Position numbers and translations under genes: made by a program
The notes under the pieces: model-generated
Told to the model about the DNA's origin: nothing
Databases searched by the model: none
The model's input: the letters and a program-made list of their open reading frames with translations, nothing else
Assembly: GCA_963665295.1 (NCBI GenBank)
Contig: OY762209.1
Location: 4,512,001 to 4,576,000, forward strand
Direction of reading: 5' to 3'
From: Syntrophorhabdaceae bacterium
GTDB taxonomy: Bacteria > Desulfobacterota > Syntrophorhabdia > Syntrophorhabdales > Syntrophorhabdaceae
Length of the DNA: 64,000 nucleotides
Shown here: positions 38,891 through 48,505 of the stretch, piece after piece
Numbering within the stretch: position 1 is the stretch's first letter
Layout of the letters: each line of letters starts with the position of its first letter

Positions 38891-40051
38891 ATGAATTTCA
38901 AGTGGTCCGACGAATTGGAATCAATGCGCAAAATGGCGTATGATTTTGCAGTAAAGAATGTCAAACCCACGATGGAGGAGGATGAGAAAGAGCACAAATT
39001 TCGTCCGGAAATAATGAAAAAAATGGGCGACCAGGGCATGTTTGCATGTCTTGCCCCGGAACAGTACGGCGGACTAGGACTGGAAGAGGGCCACATGGCC
39101 GCTACCCTGATGGCGACTGAATTTGCAAGAGTCAGCCCGTCCTGGGGCCTCCCCTTCAACCTTCAGATGAACGGACCGCAGAATGTTCTCCTTAAGTTCG
39201 CAAGCGACGAGTTGAAAGAAAAATTTCTGCCCGGCCTCATCGCAGGAACCGATCAGGGTTGTTTCGCCATCACCGAGCCGAACTCCGGTTCCGACGTGGC
39301 GAGCATGAAGACCACGGCGACGGAAGTTGACGACGGCTACATCCTCAACGGCACCAAGACATGGATATCGGGCGTCCCCTTTGTCAGCGCAGGCGTAGTG
39401 TATGCCATGACGGACAAGGCAGCCAAGCACAAAGGCATGTCCGCTTTCTTCGTCGATTTCAAGAACACCCCGGGGATCACCCAGAGAGCCATCACCACAA
39501 AACTCGGTCTCCACTGCTCACCTACCGGCGAGATTTTCTTCGAGGAAGCAAAGATTCCCAAAAGCGCACTCGTAGGCAAGCTCGGCCAGGGCTTCCAGAT
39601 CTGTATGACCATGCTCAACTTCACAAGGTTAAGCTCAGCGGCGAGAGCCATAGGCGTTTCGACGGCATGTATCGAAGAAGCTTGCAAGTATGCAAATGAG
39701 AGAGAGCAGTTCGGCCAGCCCATCAGCCAGTTCCAGATGATCCAGGAGCAGATCGGCAGAATGTCCGTAGAGCACGATGCAGCAAAACTCCTCGTCTGGA
39801 GAGCTGCATGGCAGAAAGACCAGGGTCTCAACAACACCCTTGAAACCTCTATGGCCAAGTACTACGCCGCGGAGTCCGCGAACTTCTGCGCTAATGAAGC
39901 AGTCAAGATCTTCGGCTCCTACGGCTTCTCTTCCGAGTACCCCGTAGAAAGGTACCTGAGAGACGCGAAATCCTATCAGATTGTTGAAGGTACCTCGAAC
40001 GTTCAGAAAATGATTATCGCCCAGTTCGCTCTGGGTTTCAGAAAAGCGTAA
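38891..40051 (+). CDS. acd: Acyl-CoA dehydrogenase, probably non-decarboxylating glutaryl-CoA dehydrogenase
   Basis: ITEPNSGSD, KLGLHCSPTGE, RLSSAA, REQFG, YQIVEGTSN (Val before catalytic Glu); followed by a biotin carrier. Confidence 0.8.
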   Translation: MNFKWSDELESMRKMAYDFAVKNVKPTMEEDEKEHKFRPEIMKKMGDQGMFACLAPEQYGGLGLEEGHMAATLMATEFARVSPSWGLPFNLQMNGPQNVLLKFASDELKEKFLPGLIAGTDQGCFAITEPNSGSDVASMKTTATEVDDGYILNGTKTWISGVPFVSAGVVYAMTDKAAKHKGMSAFFVDFKNTPGITQRAITTKLGLHCSPTGEIFFEEAKIPKSALVGKLGQGFQICMTMLNFTRLSSAARAIGVSTACIEEACKYANEREQFGQPISQFQMIQEQIGRMSVEHDAAKLLVWRAAWQKDQGLNNTLETSMAKYYAAESANFCANEAVKIFGSYGFSSEYPVERYLRDAKSYQIVEGTSNVQKMIIAQFALGFRKA

Positions 40052-40078
40052 GAAAGCAAATATTCTAAGGAGGCTCAT

Positions 40079-40294
40079 ATGGCTACAGAAGTTACGGTTC
40101 CAATGGTAGGGAAGATAATAAACGTGCTTGTAAAGGTCGGCGACAAGGTAGCAGAGGATGATGCAATTGCTACCCTCGAAGCAATGAAGATGGAGATGCC
40201 CGTAGTGGCGCCTTCCGCAGGAGTAGTAAAGGAGATACTTGTGTCGGCCGGTAAAGAAGTTGAGGCGGATACGGTTATCGCTATCCTCGAGTAA
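40079..40294 (+). CDS. Biotin carboxyl carrier protein (GcdC-like)
   Basis: EAMKME biotinylation motif, 71 aa; AGGAGG SD. Confidence 0.9.
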   Translation: MATEVTVPMVGKIINVLVKVGDKVAEDDAIATLEAMKMEMPVVAPSAGVVKEILVSAGKEVEADTVIAILE

Positions 40295-40306
40295 AGGAAG
40301 TGCCAC

Positions 40307-41086
40307 GTGCTGGTTGCAGGCATTGATATAGGCTCCATTACAACGGAAGCCCTTCTGTTTGACGACAAGAAGGGAATTGTCGGGTACAAGATACTTCAGA
40401 CGGGAGCAGATTCCAGAAAAGCGGCTGAAAGTGCCCTCGAGAGAGTCCTCGTTGATCCCGGAAAATCCATGTCCGATCTGGCGTACATAGTGTCGACCGG
40501 ATGTGGAAGGAAAAGGGCGTCTTTTGCCCAACAGGCAATCACCGAAATCACATGCATTGCAAAAGGCGTCAATTTTCTGTACCCCGATGCGAGAACCATC
40601 ATCGACATCGGAGGACAGGATACCAAAGTGATACGGGTCGATGGAAACGGTCATGTGGTAGAGTTCGAAATGAATGACAAGTGCGCTGCAGGAACGGGAA
40701 GGTTCATCGAGGTAATGGCAAAGGCGCTTGATGTAGACTTGGACAAGGTGGGTGAGATTTCCCTCGGCCACAAAAAAGAGTTGACCATCAGCAGCATCTG
40801 CACCGTCTTTGCCGAGTCGGAGGTCATTTCCCTCGTGAGTGAAGGCGAGGAGCTCGAGGATATTCTTTATGGGATCCATCGCGCTATCGCCGACAGGACC
40901 ATGGGTTTGATCACCCGCACCGGCGGCGTCGAAAAGGAAGTGGTAATGGCCGGCGGTGTGGCGAAGAATTCAGGAGTCGTTAAAGCCCTGGAAACAGTTC
41001 TCGGCACACCTCTCAGGATATATGTGGAGCCGCAGATAGTCGGCGCCCTCGGGGCTGCCGTGCTTGCCCTTGAAAAGACCGTATAA
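40307..41086 (+). CDS. 2-hydroxyacyl-CoA dehydratase activator / BadF-type ASKHA ATPase (HgdC-like)
   Basis: GIDIGS, EITC, DIGGQDTK, MNDKCAAGTGRF, CTVFAESE, GGVAKN. Confidence 0.92.
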   Translation: MLVAGIDIGSITTEALLFDDKKGIVGYKILQTGADSRKAAESALERVLVDPGKSMSDLAYIVSTGCGRKRASFAQQAITEITCIAKGVNFLYPDARTIIDIGGQDTKVIRVDGNGHVVEFEMNDKCAAGTGRFIEVMAKALDVDLDKVGEISLGHKKELTISSICTVFAESEVISLVSEGEELEDILYGIHRAIADRTMGLITRTGGVEKEVVMAGGVAKNSGVVKALETVLGTPLRIYVEPQIVGALGAAVLALEKTV

Positions 41087-41108
41087 CGAAACGTTTACCT
41101 AGTTTGCT

Positions 41109-41142
41109 AAGGGCCAGGGGAATCCTGGCCCTTTTCTTTTTT
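41109..41142 (+). terminator. Rho-independent terminator
   Basis: AAGGGCCAGG-N5-CCTGGCCCTT followed by T-rich tail. Confidence 0.88.
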
Positions 41143-41320
41143 CCGCCCCTGAAGGGCGCCCGCGCCGCCCGGCCCCGGCAGGTCACGCCCCTTTCTCTGT
41201 CTCTTCGATATCATGACCATTGTCCCGTAGTGCTCCCGTACCGGCCTTCCAAGGCTGCTTGATTTTCCGTGAGCAGGCGGGTCCGTGAGCCGGTTATTAT
41301 TACCGTCACGCCATGATCCG

Positions 41321-41349
41321 TTGACAACGGGGTCCTATAACTGTATCAT
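41321..41349 (+). promoter_or_regulatory. Putative sigma70 promoter of terC
   Basis: TTGACA-N17-TATCAT. Confidence 0.6.
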
Positions 41350-41393
41350 ATTACGAACAGATTGCTTCACCAGCCAACACACCGGAGGTAGTT

Positions 41394-42101
41394 ATGGATT
41401 TGGGAAACACCTTAAACGGCGCGTTCTTTTTCGGACTCCTCAACATCATCTTCATCAACATCATTCTTTCCGGAGATAACGCAGTGGTAATCGCAATGGC
41501 AGTTCGCTCCCTCGCCCCCAAGCAGCGACAGTGGGGTATCATGTTGGGAACCGCGGGAGCGGTGGTGCTCAGGATTATTCTTACCTTTGTAGCTGCCAAA
41601 CTTCTTGAGGTACCCTTCGTCAAGCTCGCGGGCGGCCTCCTCATCCTCTGGATCGCCTTCAAGCTCCTCCTTCCTGAAGCGGAGGACGAGAGTGTGAAAG
41701 AGGTGAATGGACTTCGTCAGGCCATTATCACCATCCTCATGGCCGACCTCGTGATGAGCCTCGACAATGTGCTGGGAGTCGCGGGAGCAGCGAACGGAAA
41801 TCTCCTGCTTCTCTTTATCGGTCTTGCCACAAGCATCCCCATAGTGGTCTTCGCAAGCAACATCATTACAAAACTGATGGATCGCTTCCCGGTGATCGTG
41901 CTCCTGGGAGCTGCCATCCTGGGAAGGGTGGCGGGAGAGATGGTTATGAGCGATCCCTGGATGGTCCGTTCCGTCTTCCACGGTCATCCCAGCCGCTTGC
42001 TCGACTATGCGGTTCAGCTCGTCCTCGCTGTCGGCGTCGTAGTGGCCGCCAAGGTGTGGGTGAAATGGCGTGTCGCAAAGACCAACCCTGCGGTAGACTG
42101 A
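41394..42101 (+). CDS. TerC family (YjbE-type) membrane protein
   Basis: LSGDNAVVIAMA, ADLVMSLDNVL motifs. Confidence 0.93.
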   Translation: MDLGNTLNGAFFFGLLNIIFINIILSGDNAVVIAMAVRSLAPKQRQWGIMLGTAGAVVLRIILTFVAAKLLEVPFVKLAGGLLILWIAFKLLLPEAEDESVKEVNGLRQAIITILMADLVMSLDNVLGVAGAANGNLLLLFIGLATSIPIVVFASNIITKLMDRFPVIVLLGAAILGRVAGEMVMSDPWMVRSVFHGHPSRLLDYAVQLVLAVGVVVAAKVWVKWRVAKTNPAVD

Positions 42102-42351
42102 GCACATTCCTTACCGGTGTCCCGCAGGCAAGGTTTCGGACACCGTAGTTTATCGACGTAATTTCCTAGGGACGGCTTGTCCGTCCCTAATTATTGCTCT
42201 ACTTGAATTTTGCAGGTTCACGCCCGGCCGGATACGGCTCACCTCAGCAGTGTAAGCACATATTCACTTCATTTTTTGTCCCTTGAGTCCTTGAATCTCT
42301 TGTTTTCTGAACTATATTTCTATAAAAGACTGAATGATCAAGGAGGCTGCC

Positions 42352-42534
42352 ATGACAAACTTCGAGCTGAATGACGAGGAATCAAAACTGTTGTTGAATG
42401 TACTGGAAAATTACCTCCTCCACCTGGAAGTGGAGATCAACCGCACTCACAGGAGGGAATTCAGGGACGCCCTCAAGGAGAGGGAAAAGTCACTAAAGGC
42501 CGTTATCGACCGGCTGCGTCAGTTATCCAAATAG
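42352..42534 (+). CDS. Small helical hypothetical protein
   Basis: AAGGAGG SD, 60-aa amphipathic/coiled-coil-like ORF. Confidence 0.7.
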   Translation: MTNFELNDEESKLLLNVLENYLLHLEVEINRTHRREFRDALKEREKSLKAVIDRLRQLSK

Positions 42535-42647
42535 ACGGCTCCGGGCACATTCACGGTCGGGCTTCTAAAGAGTCGGGTGCCGCTCTTTCTGGTGGCCCCT
42601 CCGGGCAGGGTTTACAGGCACGGATAGAGGATAAGAGGTAGAAGTCT

Positions 42648-43394
42648 TTACTCAGCCTGTTCCGACCACCCCGCAAGGGCCATCACATTCTTTGACAGAA
42701 CGAACTCCTTGTCCTTGTCGGAAATGGGAAGTGCGAGAACCTTGGAGATCTCTCCCTTCATCGTCCCGAAGGGTACATCCGACCCGAAGAGGACCCTTTC
42801 GGGTCCTATGGTTTCAACAAACTTCAATATGGTATCTCTTGATGCAAGGGCGGTATCGAAATAGACCGACCCCCTGTTCTTGAAACATGCGAGGAAATCC
42901 AGTGGGTTGCCGCCAAGCATGCCGAGATGGGGGATAATGAGGGTCATTCCCTCTGCCATATCCACGAACCTCTCCGTAAAGGAAAGCTCCTCCTCGAAAA
43001 TTACGGGCTTTCCCGCCTTATTCAGTTTCCGCACCAGCGCCGGGAGGTTCTTGTCCGCAAGCACATCATAGTTCGAGGCGGAATCCTGCCATCCCCTCAT
43101 CCAGTGCCATTTACCGCCAAAAAAACCGGGGGGCATGGGATTGAACCCCTCGCGATCAAAATCCTCCCTCACATAATGATAGGGTATGAACGTCCCGTCC
43201 TTCGATGCTTCCGCAAGAAGCAGGGTGTTGATCCGGTTGTCCGCTATGGCGGTGGACGGGAAAGGCATTATGACGGTATGGGTCACCCCGGACTCCCTCT
43301 GCTGTCTTTTTAACTCACCTGTCGTCACCACGGAACCGAGAGTGAGGGAAGGTCCCCAATGGGTGTGACTGTCTACTATGCGCTCGAAATCCAT
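42648..43394 (-). CDS. Amidohydrolase family protein (amidohydro_2)
   Basis: [26 protein letters not shown]. Confidence 0.87.
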   Translation of the reverse strand: MDFERIVDSHTHWGPSLTLGSVVTTGELKRQQRESGVTHTVIMPFPSTAIADNRINTLLLAEASKDGTFIPYHYVREDFDREGFNPMPPGFFGGKWHWMRGWQDSASNYDVLADKNLPALVRKLNKAGKPVIFEEELSFTERFVDMAEGMTLIIPHLGMLGGNPLDFLACFKNRGSVYFDTALASRDTILKFVETIGPERVLFGSDVPFGTMKGEISKVLALPISDKDKEFVLSKNVMALAGWSEQAE

Positions 43395-43447
43395 ACTTGA
43401 AAAATCAATATCATAAATGGTATAGAATTGCAAACAGACGCTTTTTT

Positions 43448-43864
43448 ATGACGGATCTTAAAACACCCCTTCTCACCGTGGACGTCATCATCCAATACCA
43501 GGGAGGTATTGTGCTTATAGAACGGAAGAACCACCCTCCGGGCTGGGCGTTGCCGGGAGGGTTTGTCGAGATCGGTGAATCCGTCGAACAAGCGGCGGTT
43601 CGGGAGGCAAAAGAAGAGACCTCCCTCGATGTGAGCCTCTTCGGACAGTTCCATGTCTATTCCGATCCCGGGCGTGACCCAAGGTTTCACACGGTCACCG
43701 TCGTTTTTACGGGGACCGGTGAAGGCTCCCTGAAAGGCCGCGATGACGCGAGACAGGCGGCGGTCTTCACAAAGGAGCACCTCCCTGCCCTTATCGCCTT
43801 TGACCACAGGGAAATACTCTCCGACTACTTTGAATCCCTTGCCGGCGGCAAGAGATCTCTTTAA
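43448..43864 (+). CDS. NUDIX hydrolase (ADP-ribose pyrophosphatase-like)
   Basis: [19 protein letters not shown]udix box, RDPR, AFDH. Confidence 0.92.
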   Translation: MTDLKTPLLTVDVIIQYQGGIVLIERKNHPPGWALPGGFVEIGESVEQAAVREAKEETSLDVSLFGQFHVYSDPGRDPRFHTVTVVFTGTGEGSLKGRDDARQAAVFTKEHLPALIAFDHREILSDYFESLAGGKRSL

Positions 43865-44085
43865 GGGGCCCCGTGTCTCACCGGCTCTACAGGGTTTTCA
43901 GGCAGAGTGTCAGGGATTTTTCCGCGTCTCGCCGCCATCGGTGTCACAAGAGACCGGCCTTCGCGGACAAAATAAAGATTGACATAGTTTGTCCGATATC
44001 AATATATTTTATGCTATACAGTCAGGAGTCGGCGGTTTATTCTTCAATACAATGTGTGAGGCGAATGCAATAAGGCAGGGTACTG

Positions 44086-45732
44086 ATGGCGTCTGTAAAG
44101 CTTGGAGACATCTTAATAGAAAAGGGGCTTATCACCCAGAAACAGCTCAATATCGCTCTGATCCAACAGAGGGTGACCGGGGACCTTCTCGGCGATGTCC
44201 TTGTGAAACTCGGGTTCATATCCTCCAAGGAAAGAACCCAGATACTGGCCGAACAGACAGGCATAGAGTTCTACGACCTGGGGCATCGTCTCGTTGCGGA
44301 AGATGCTCTAAAGGCCGTGCCCAAGGCAGTTGCGGAAAAGAACGAATTCATACCCATTGAAGAAGAGAACGGGAGATTGAGCATAGGCATCACCAACCCG
44401 GGAAACATCCTCGCCATAGACACGGTATCCCGGATTACCAAGAACCAGCCGAAAGTCTACCTGGTTGACAGCGACGCGTACAACGAGGCTGCCGACAGGT
44501 CCTATTTCTTTCTCGAAAATCCCGTGCAAAACAGGATCGACAGCGTCATTCGGGAGGCCCAGACCACGGGTACCATCGGGGGCAACAGCGTGGTCTCCCT
44601 GACCGATACCATCCTTATGGATGGAATACGGCGGAACGCCACTGATATCCACATCAACCCCGCTCAGGATGTGGTCCAGATCTTTTTCAGGATAGACGGC
44701 GTCCTCCAGTTTGCCCACTGTCTCCCCAAGGTTGTCCAGACAGGGGTCGTCTCCCGGATAAAGATCATCTCCCAACTTAACATCGCGGAGACAAGATTGC
44801 CCCAGGACGGCGCGTTTACCTACAACTTCCTGAGCAGGGGTTATGATATACGCGTCTCCACAGCGCCCACCATTTACGGTGAAAATGTAGTAATGAGGAT
44901 ACTCACGGGAAGGGCGTCCTTCCTGCGACTCGAGAAACTCGGTTTTGACTCTCAGAACACCGAAAAGGTGAAGGCACTTTTTCAGAAGCCCTTTGGTATC
45001 ATCCTTGTCACCGGCCCCACGGGAAGCGGAAAGACGACAACCCTCTATGCCGCCCTGAGAGAGGTCAATATCCTCGAAAGAAATGTTCTCACCGTAGAGG
45101 ACCCTGTGGAATACAAGTTGAGCTTCGTGAAGCAGACGCAGGTGAACGAGAAGGCCGGATATGATTTTGCCCTGGCGGGAAGGACTTTTATGAGACAGGA
45201 CCCCGACGTGATCCTCCTGGGCGAGATCCGGGACGAAGAGACTGCGAGGCTCGCCGTGAGGGCCTCCGTCACGGGTCACCTTGTCATAAGCACCCTTCAT
45301 ACCAATGATGCGCTCACGGCGGTCCCCCGCCTTGTGGACCTGGGCGTGGACCGGTTCATGCTCTCCGCCTCCCTTCTCGCCATCATTGCCCAGAGGCTCA
45401 TAAGAAAGACGTGCACCTACTGTAAGACGGAATATGATCTCAGCGACAACGAGATTGCAGCGCTCAGGGAGTATGGAATCGAATCAACCAAAGGCTTTAG
45501 GGGGAAGGGCTGTCCGAAGTGTCAAATGACGGGCTATTCAGGGAGGATAGTCATCGGCGAGATACTCACCGTCACCGACGAAATGAGGGAGTTAATCTAT
45601 TCGTCGGCCTCCACCACGGTAATGAAAGAATGCGCTATAAGAGGGGGAATGCGCCAACTGAAGGAAGACGCATTGATCAAAGCTGCCCAGGGAATCACGA
45701 CGGTCGAGGAGGCCATGAGGGTCGCAGGTTGA
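44086..45732 (+). CDS. pilB: GspE/PilB family assembly ATPase with MshEN-like N-terminus
   Basis: GPTGSGKTT, EDPVE, DVILLGEIRD, GHLV..TLHTN, CxxC..CxxC. Confidence 0.9.
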   Translation: MASVKLGDILIEKGLITQKQLNIALIQQRVTGDLLGDVLVKLGFISSKERTQILAEQTGIEFYDLGHRLVAEDALKAVPKAVAEKNEFIPIEEENGRLSIGITNPGNILAIDTVSRITKNQPKVYLVDSDAYNEAADRSYFFLENPVQNRIDSVIREAQTTGTIGGNSVVSLTDTILMDGIRRNATDIHINPAQDVVQIFFRIDGVLQFAHCLPKVVQTGVVSRIKIISQLNIAETRLPQDGAFTYNFLSRGYDIRVSTAPTIYGENVVMRILTGRASFLRLEKLGFDSQNTEKVKALFQKPFGIILVTGPTGSGKTTTLYAALREVNILERNVLTVEDPVEYKLSFVKQTQVNEKAGYDFALAGRTFMRQDPDVILLGEIRDEETARLAVRASVTGHLVISTLHTNDALTAVPRLVDLGVDRFMLSASLLAIIAQRLIRKTCTYCKTEYDLSDNEIAALREYGIESTKGFRGKGCPKCQMTGYSGRIVIGEILTVTDEMRELIYSSASTTVMKECAIRGGMRQLKEDALIKAAQGITTVEEAMRVAG

Positions 45733-45786
45733 TTAGATCCGGCACCCCCCTTTTACTGTGAGGACCGGTTGAACGGAATTACCGCG

Positions 45787-46848
45787 TTACTGCAGGAGAA
45801 GGGTTTCGATATATCCGGGCTTCCCGGAAGAATGATCAATTATTTCCTGTATATCCACTAATCCTTTCTTGTACAAAGACAGGAACACCTCGTTCATGGT
45901 GACCATACCCTCCTTACGGAGGTCTTCCATCGCCATGGGTATCTGGTTAAGTTTGTCCTCTCTTATGAGGTTCTGTATCACATTGTTCACTTTCAATATC
46001 TCGCACGCGCATATGAACCCGCTTCTGTCGGCCCTTCTCAGGAGTCTCTGAGAAATCACTGCTTTGAGGGTGTGCGAAATCTGAATCCTCACCTGCTTGC
46101 GCTCACTTTCCGAAAAGTAATCGGCCAGCTTGTTTATGCTCTGCACCACATTCCACGCCCTCAGGGTACAGAAGACCAGGTATCCCGTCTCGGCCGCTTC
46201 GAGGATCATCTTGACCGAGTCCTTGTCTTTCACTCCGTCAACCACCACCACGCCGGGGGTCTGTCTCAGCATGTGCTTCAGGGCATCGGCGACGGAATTG
46301 GTATCCTCCTTTACTTCGCGCTGTGAAATAATGCATTTCTGGGGTTTGTACACGTATTCGATGGGGTCCTCGATAGTCACCACGTGGAGAGGGCGTTCCT
46401 GGTTGATCTGATCCACCATAGACGCCACGGACGTCGATTTTCCACTCTTCGCAGGACCGATAACCAGAACGAGTCCACTCCTCATCCTGGTGAATTCCCT
46501 GAGTTCTTCCGGCAACCCCAACTCCTCCATTCCCGGGATTTTCAAGGGGATCATCCGTATCGAGAAGGCCACGGAATTTCTCTGGAAATAGGCATTGATT
46601 CTGAAACGCGCCTTTGCTTCCAGTTCATAGGCAAAATCAAGCTCTTTTTCGGCGACAAATTTCTGCTTCCTGCCCGTATCCTCCACTACCTCGTCAAGGA
46701 AACTCCTCAATTCGTTTCTGGTCAGAGGCTTATCGTCGAAGAAATGGAGGGCACCGTTGATAATGAAGGAGGGAGGGTTTCCCTCTATGAGATGGAGGTC
46801 GGATGCGTTTCTCTCAATCATGGCATTGAGTATGTCTTTGACGTTCAT
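45787..46848 (-). CDS. PilT-like protein with degenerate catalytic motifs
   Basis: ASDLHL, RFRIN, EDPIE, QREV, NLIRE retained; Walker B and His boxes substituted. Confidence 0.85.
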   Translation of the reverse strand: MNVKDILNAMIERNASDLHLIEGNPPSFIINGALHFFDDKPLTRNELRSFLDEVVEDTGRKQKFVAEKELDFAYELEAKARFRINAYFQRNSVAFSIRMIPLKIPGMEELGLPEELREFTRMRSGLVLVIGPAKSGKSTSVASMVDQINQERPLHVVTIEDPIEYVYKPQKCIISQREVKEDTNSVADALKHMLRQTPGVVVVDGVKDKDSVKMILEAAETGYLVFCTLRAWNVVQSINKLADYFSESERKQVRIQISHTLKAVISQRLLRRADRSGFICACEILKVNNVIQNLIREDKLNQIPMAMEDLRKEGMVTMNEVFLSLYKKGLVDIQEIIDHSSGKPGYIETLLLQ

Positions 46849-46948
46849 TTCTTACCCCGCCTCCTATGCCCAGACATGGCGAATGCGCATATTTTGGTCT
46901 ATTGTGTGCATGAGTTGAGGACGAAAACTCACCCTTTTATAATATGAA

Positions 46949-46977
46949 AGTATAAAAGAAGCAATTTGGTTTGTCAA
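46949..46977 (-). promoter_or_regulatory. Putative sigma70 promoter of the pilT-like gene
   Basis: TTGACA-N17-TATACT. Confidence 0.7.
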
Positions 46978-46995
46978 AGATTATGTTGCACCAGG

Positions 46996-47023
46996 AAAAA
47001 GGGCATCTCCTTCCGGAGTGCCC
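46996..47023 (-). terminator. Rho-independent terminator after aspC
   Basis: GGGCACTCC-GGAA-GGAGATGCCC (one bulge) plus U5 on the minus strand. Confidence 0.75.
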
Positions 47024-47078
47024 CTGAATATTCCCTTTCAATTTCTCTCAACCGTTCGTTTTTACGGGCAACCCCGCA

Positions 47079-48269
47079 TTAGCTTAACGTACTCAGGGCC
47101 TCTTTGATTCTCTTGAATCCCTTCTCAATCACCTCCATGGAGGTGGCAAATGAGAGCCTGAGATATCCTTCCTTGCCGAATTCAACCCCCGGCACCACGG
47201 CGGTGTGGAATTCCTCAAGAAGAAGGGCGGTCAAGGCTGTGGAGGTCTCTATCTTTTTGCCCTTATAGGTTTTTCCAAGCACCGCGTTGAAGTTCGGGAA
47301 TACATAAAACGCCCCTGCGGGATTGTAGCAACTGATTCCTTCCAGGCTCCTGAAACCCGACACGAGGAAATCCCTTCTCTTCTTGAACTGCTCGAGCATC
47401 ATCCCGATACTGTCCTGCGGCCCGCTAAGCGCCGCTACGGCGGCCTTCTGCGAGATGGAGGTAGGATTGGATGTACTCTGGCTCTGTATGTTCGACATGG
47501 CGCTGATAATCTCTCTCGACCCTGCAGTGAACCCTATGCGCCATCCTGTCATGGAGTACGTTTTTGACACCCCGTGAGCGATGATAGTCCTGTCCTTGAA
47601 CGATTTGTCCAGAGACGCGATGCTCGTGTGCACATATTCGTCGTAGGCAAGTTTCTCATATATCTCGTCCGATATTATGTAGAATCCTTTCTCTACCGCC
47701 AACTTCCCTATTTCCTCAAGGTTCTTGAGGTCATAGATGGATCCGACCGGATTCGACGGGTAGTTGAGGATGATCGCCTTGGTCTTCGGGGTTATGTGAC
47801 GCTTCAGCAACTCCCCCGTCACCTGATAGTTCTCTGCTTCCTCGGTCTCCACGAATACCGGCGTGGCCCCGGCGAGTTCAACCATAGAGGGATAAGAGAC
47901 CCAGTAAGGAACCGGGATCAACACCTCGTCTCCTTCCTGAAAGATAGCCTGGAAAAGGTTATAGAGGGAGTGCTTCCCCCCGCAGGAGACCATGACCTCT
48001 TCCCGTCCATAGTCGAGGCCGTTATCCCTCCTGAACTTCTCGATTATGGCGTCCTTCAGCTGGTCGATGCCGCCTACCGGTGTATATTTCGTGAAACCCT
48101 GGTTGATCGCGTCGATGGCAGCCTTTTTGATGTGCTCCGGTGTATCGAAGTCGGGTTCGCCCGCCCCGAATCCCGCGATATCGATCCCCTGGGCTTTCAA
48201 AGCCTTTTCCTTGGCGCTGATGGCAAGTGTCGGGGAAGGTTTCAATGCCTGGGCTCTCTTTGATAGCAT
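47079..48269 (-). CDS. aspC: Aspartate aminotransferase (class I, subgroup Ib)
   Basis: PSPTLAI, GAGEPDF, PSNP, SDEIY, SKTYSMTGWRIG, LRLSFA. Confidence 0.9.
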   Translation of the reverse strand: MLSKRAQALKPSPTLAISAKEKALKAQGIDIAGFGAGEPDFDTPEHIKKAAIDAINQGFTKYTPVGGIDQLKDAIIEKFRRDNGLDYGREEVMVSCGGKHSLYNLFQAIFQEGDEVLIPVPYWVSYPSMVELAGATPVFVETEEAENYQVTGELLKRHITPKTKAIILNYPSNPVGSIYDLKNLEEIGKLAVEKGFYIISDEIYEKLAYDEYVHTSIASLDKSFKDRTIIAHGVSKTYSMTGWRIGFTAGSREIISAMSNIQSQSTSNPTSISQKAAVAALSGPQDSIGMMLEQFKKRRDFLVSGFRSLEGISCYNPAGAFYVFPNFNAVLGKTYKGKKIETSTALTALLLEEFHTAVVPGVEFGKEGYLRLSFATSMEVIEKGFKRIKEALSTLS

Positions 48270-48505
48270 ATTAAAACTCCTTTGTTTTAATTGATGGTCT
48301 CTTTCACTGTTGTCCTGGAGAATCGGCTCGAAAAGACTCCCCTACAGGGGGTTTCGGCGCCCTCTCCGCATTCTCCTATGCCTCGCTCTCGCGGCAGATA
48401 CTTCTGTCCCGCTTGTATGGCCCCACAGTCTATCTACGGAGGTTCCGTTTCTGCTGTTATTTGATCCGATCCTGTCTCCGACAATCCGGATTAGCCGAGG
48501 ATATT
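48270..48505 (-). promoter_or_regulatory. Long structured 5' leader of aspC, candidate cis-regulatory RNA
   Basis: Several complementary stems, hairpin over the SD, upstream TTGACA at 48529-48534. Confidence 0.45.

Noticed and set aside
41143..41393. yybP-ykoY (Mn) riboswitch before terC
   Set aside because: Consensus not seen; the promoter is only about 45 nt from the ATG.
48295..48410. Glycine or glutamine (glnA) riboswitch in the aspC leader
   Set aside because: Only fragments match (GGAGAG..GCCGAA, AGAAGUA) and the required pairing partners are missing; kept as an unknown structured leader.
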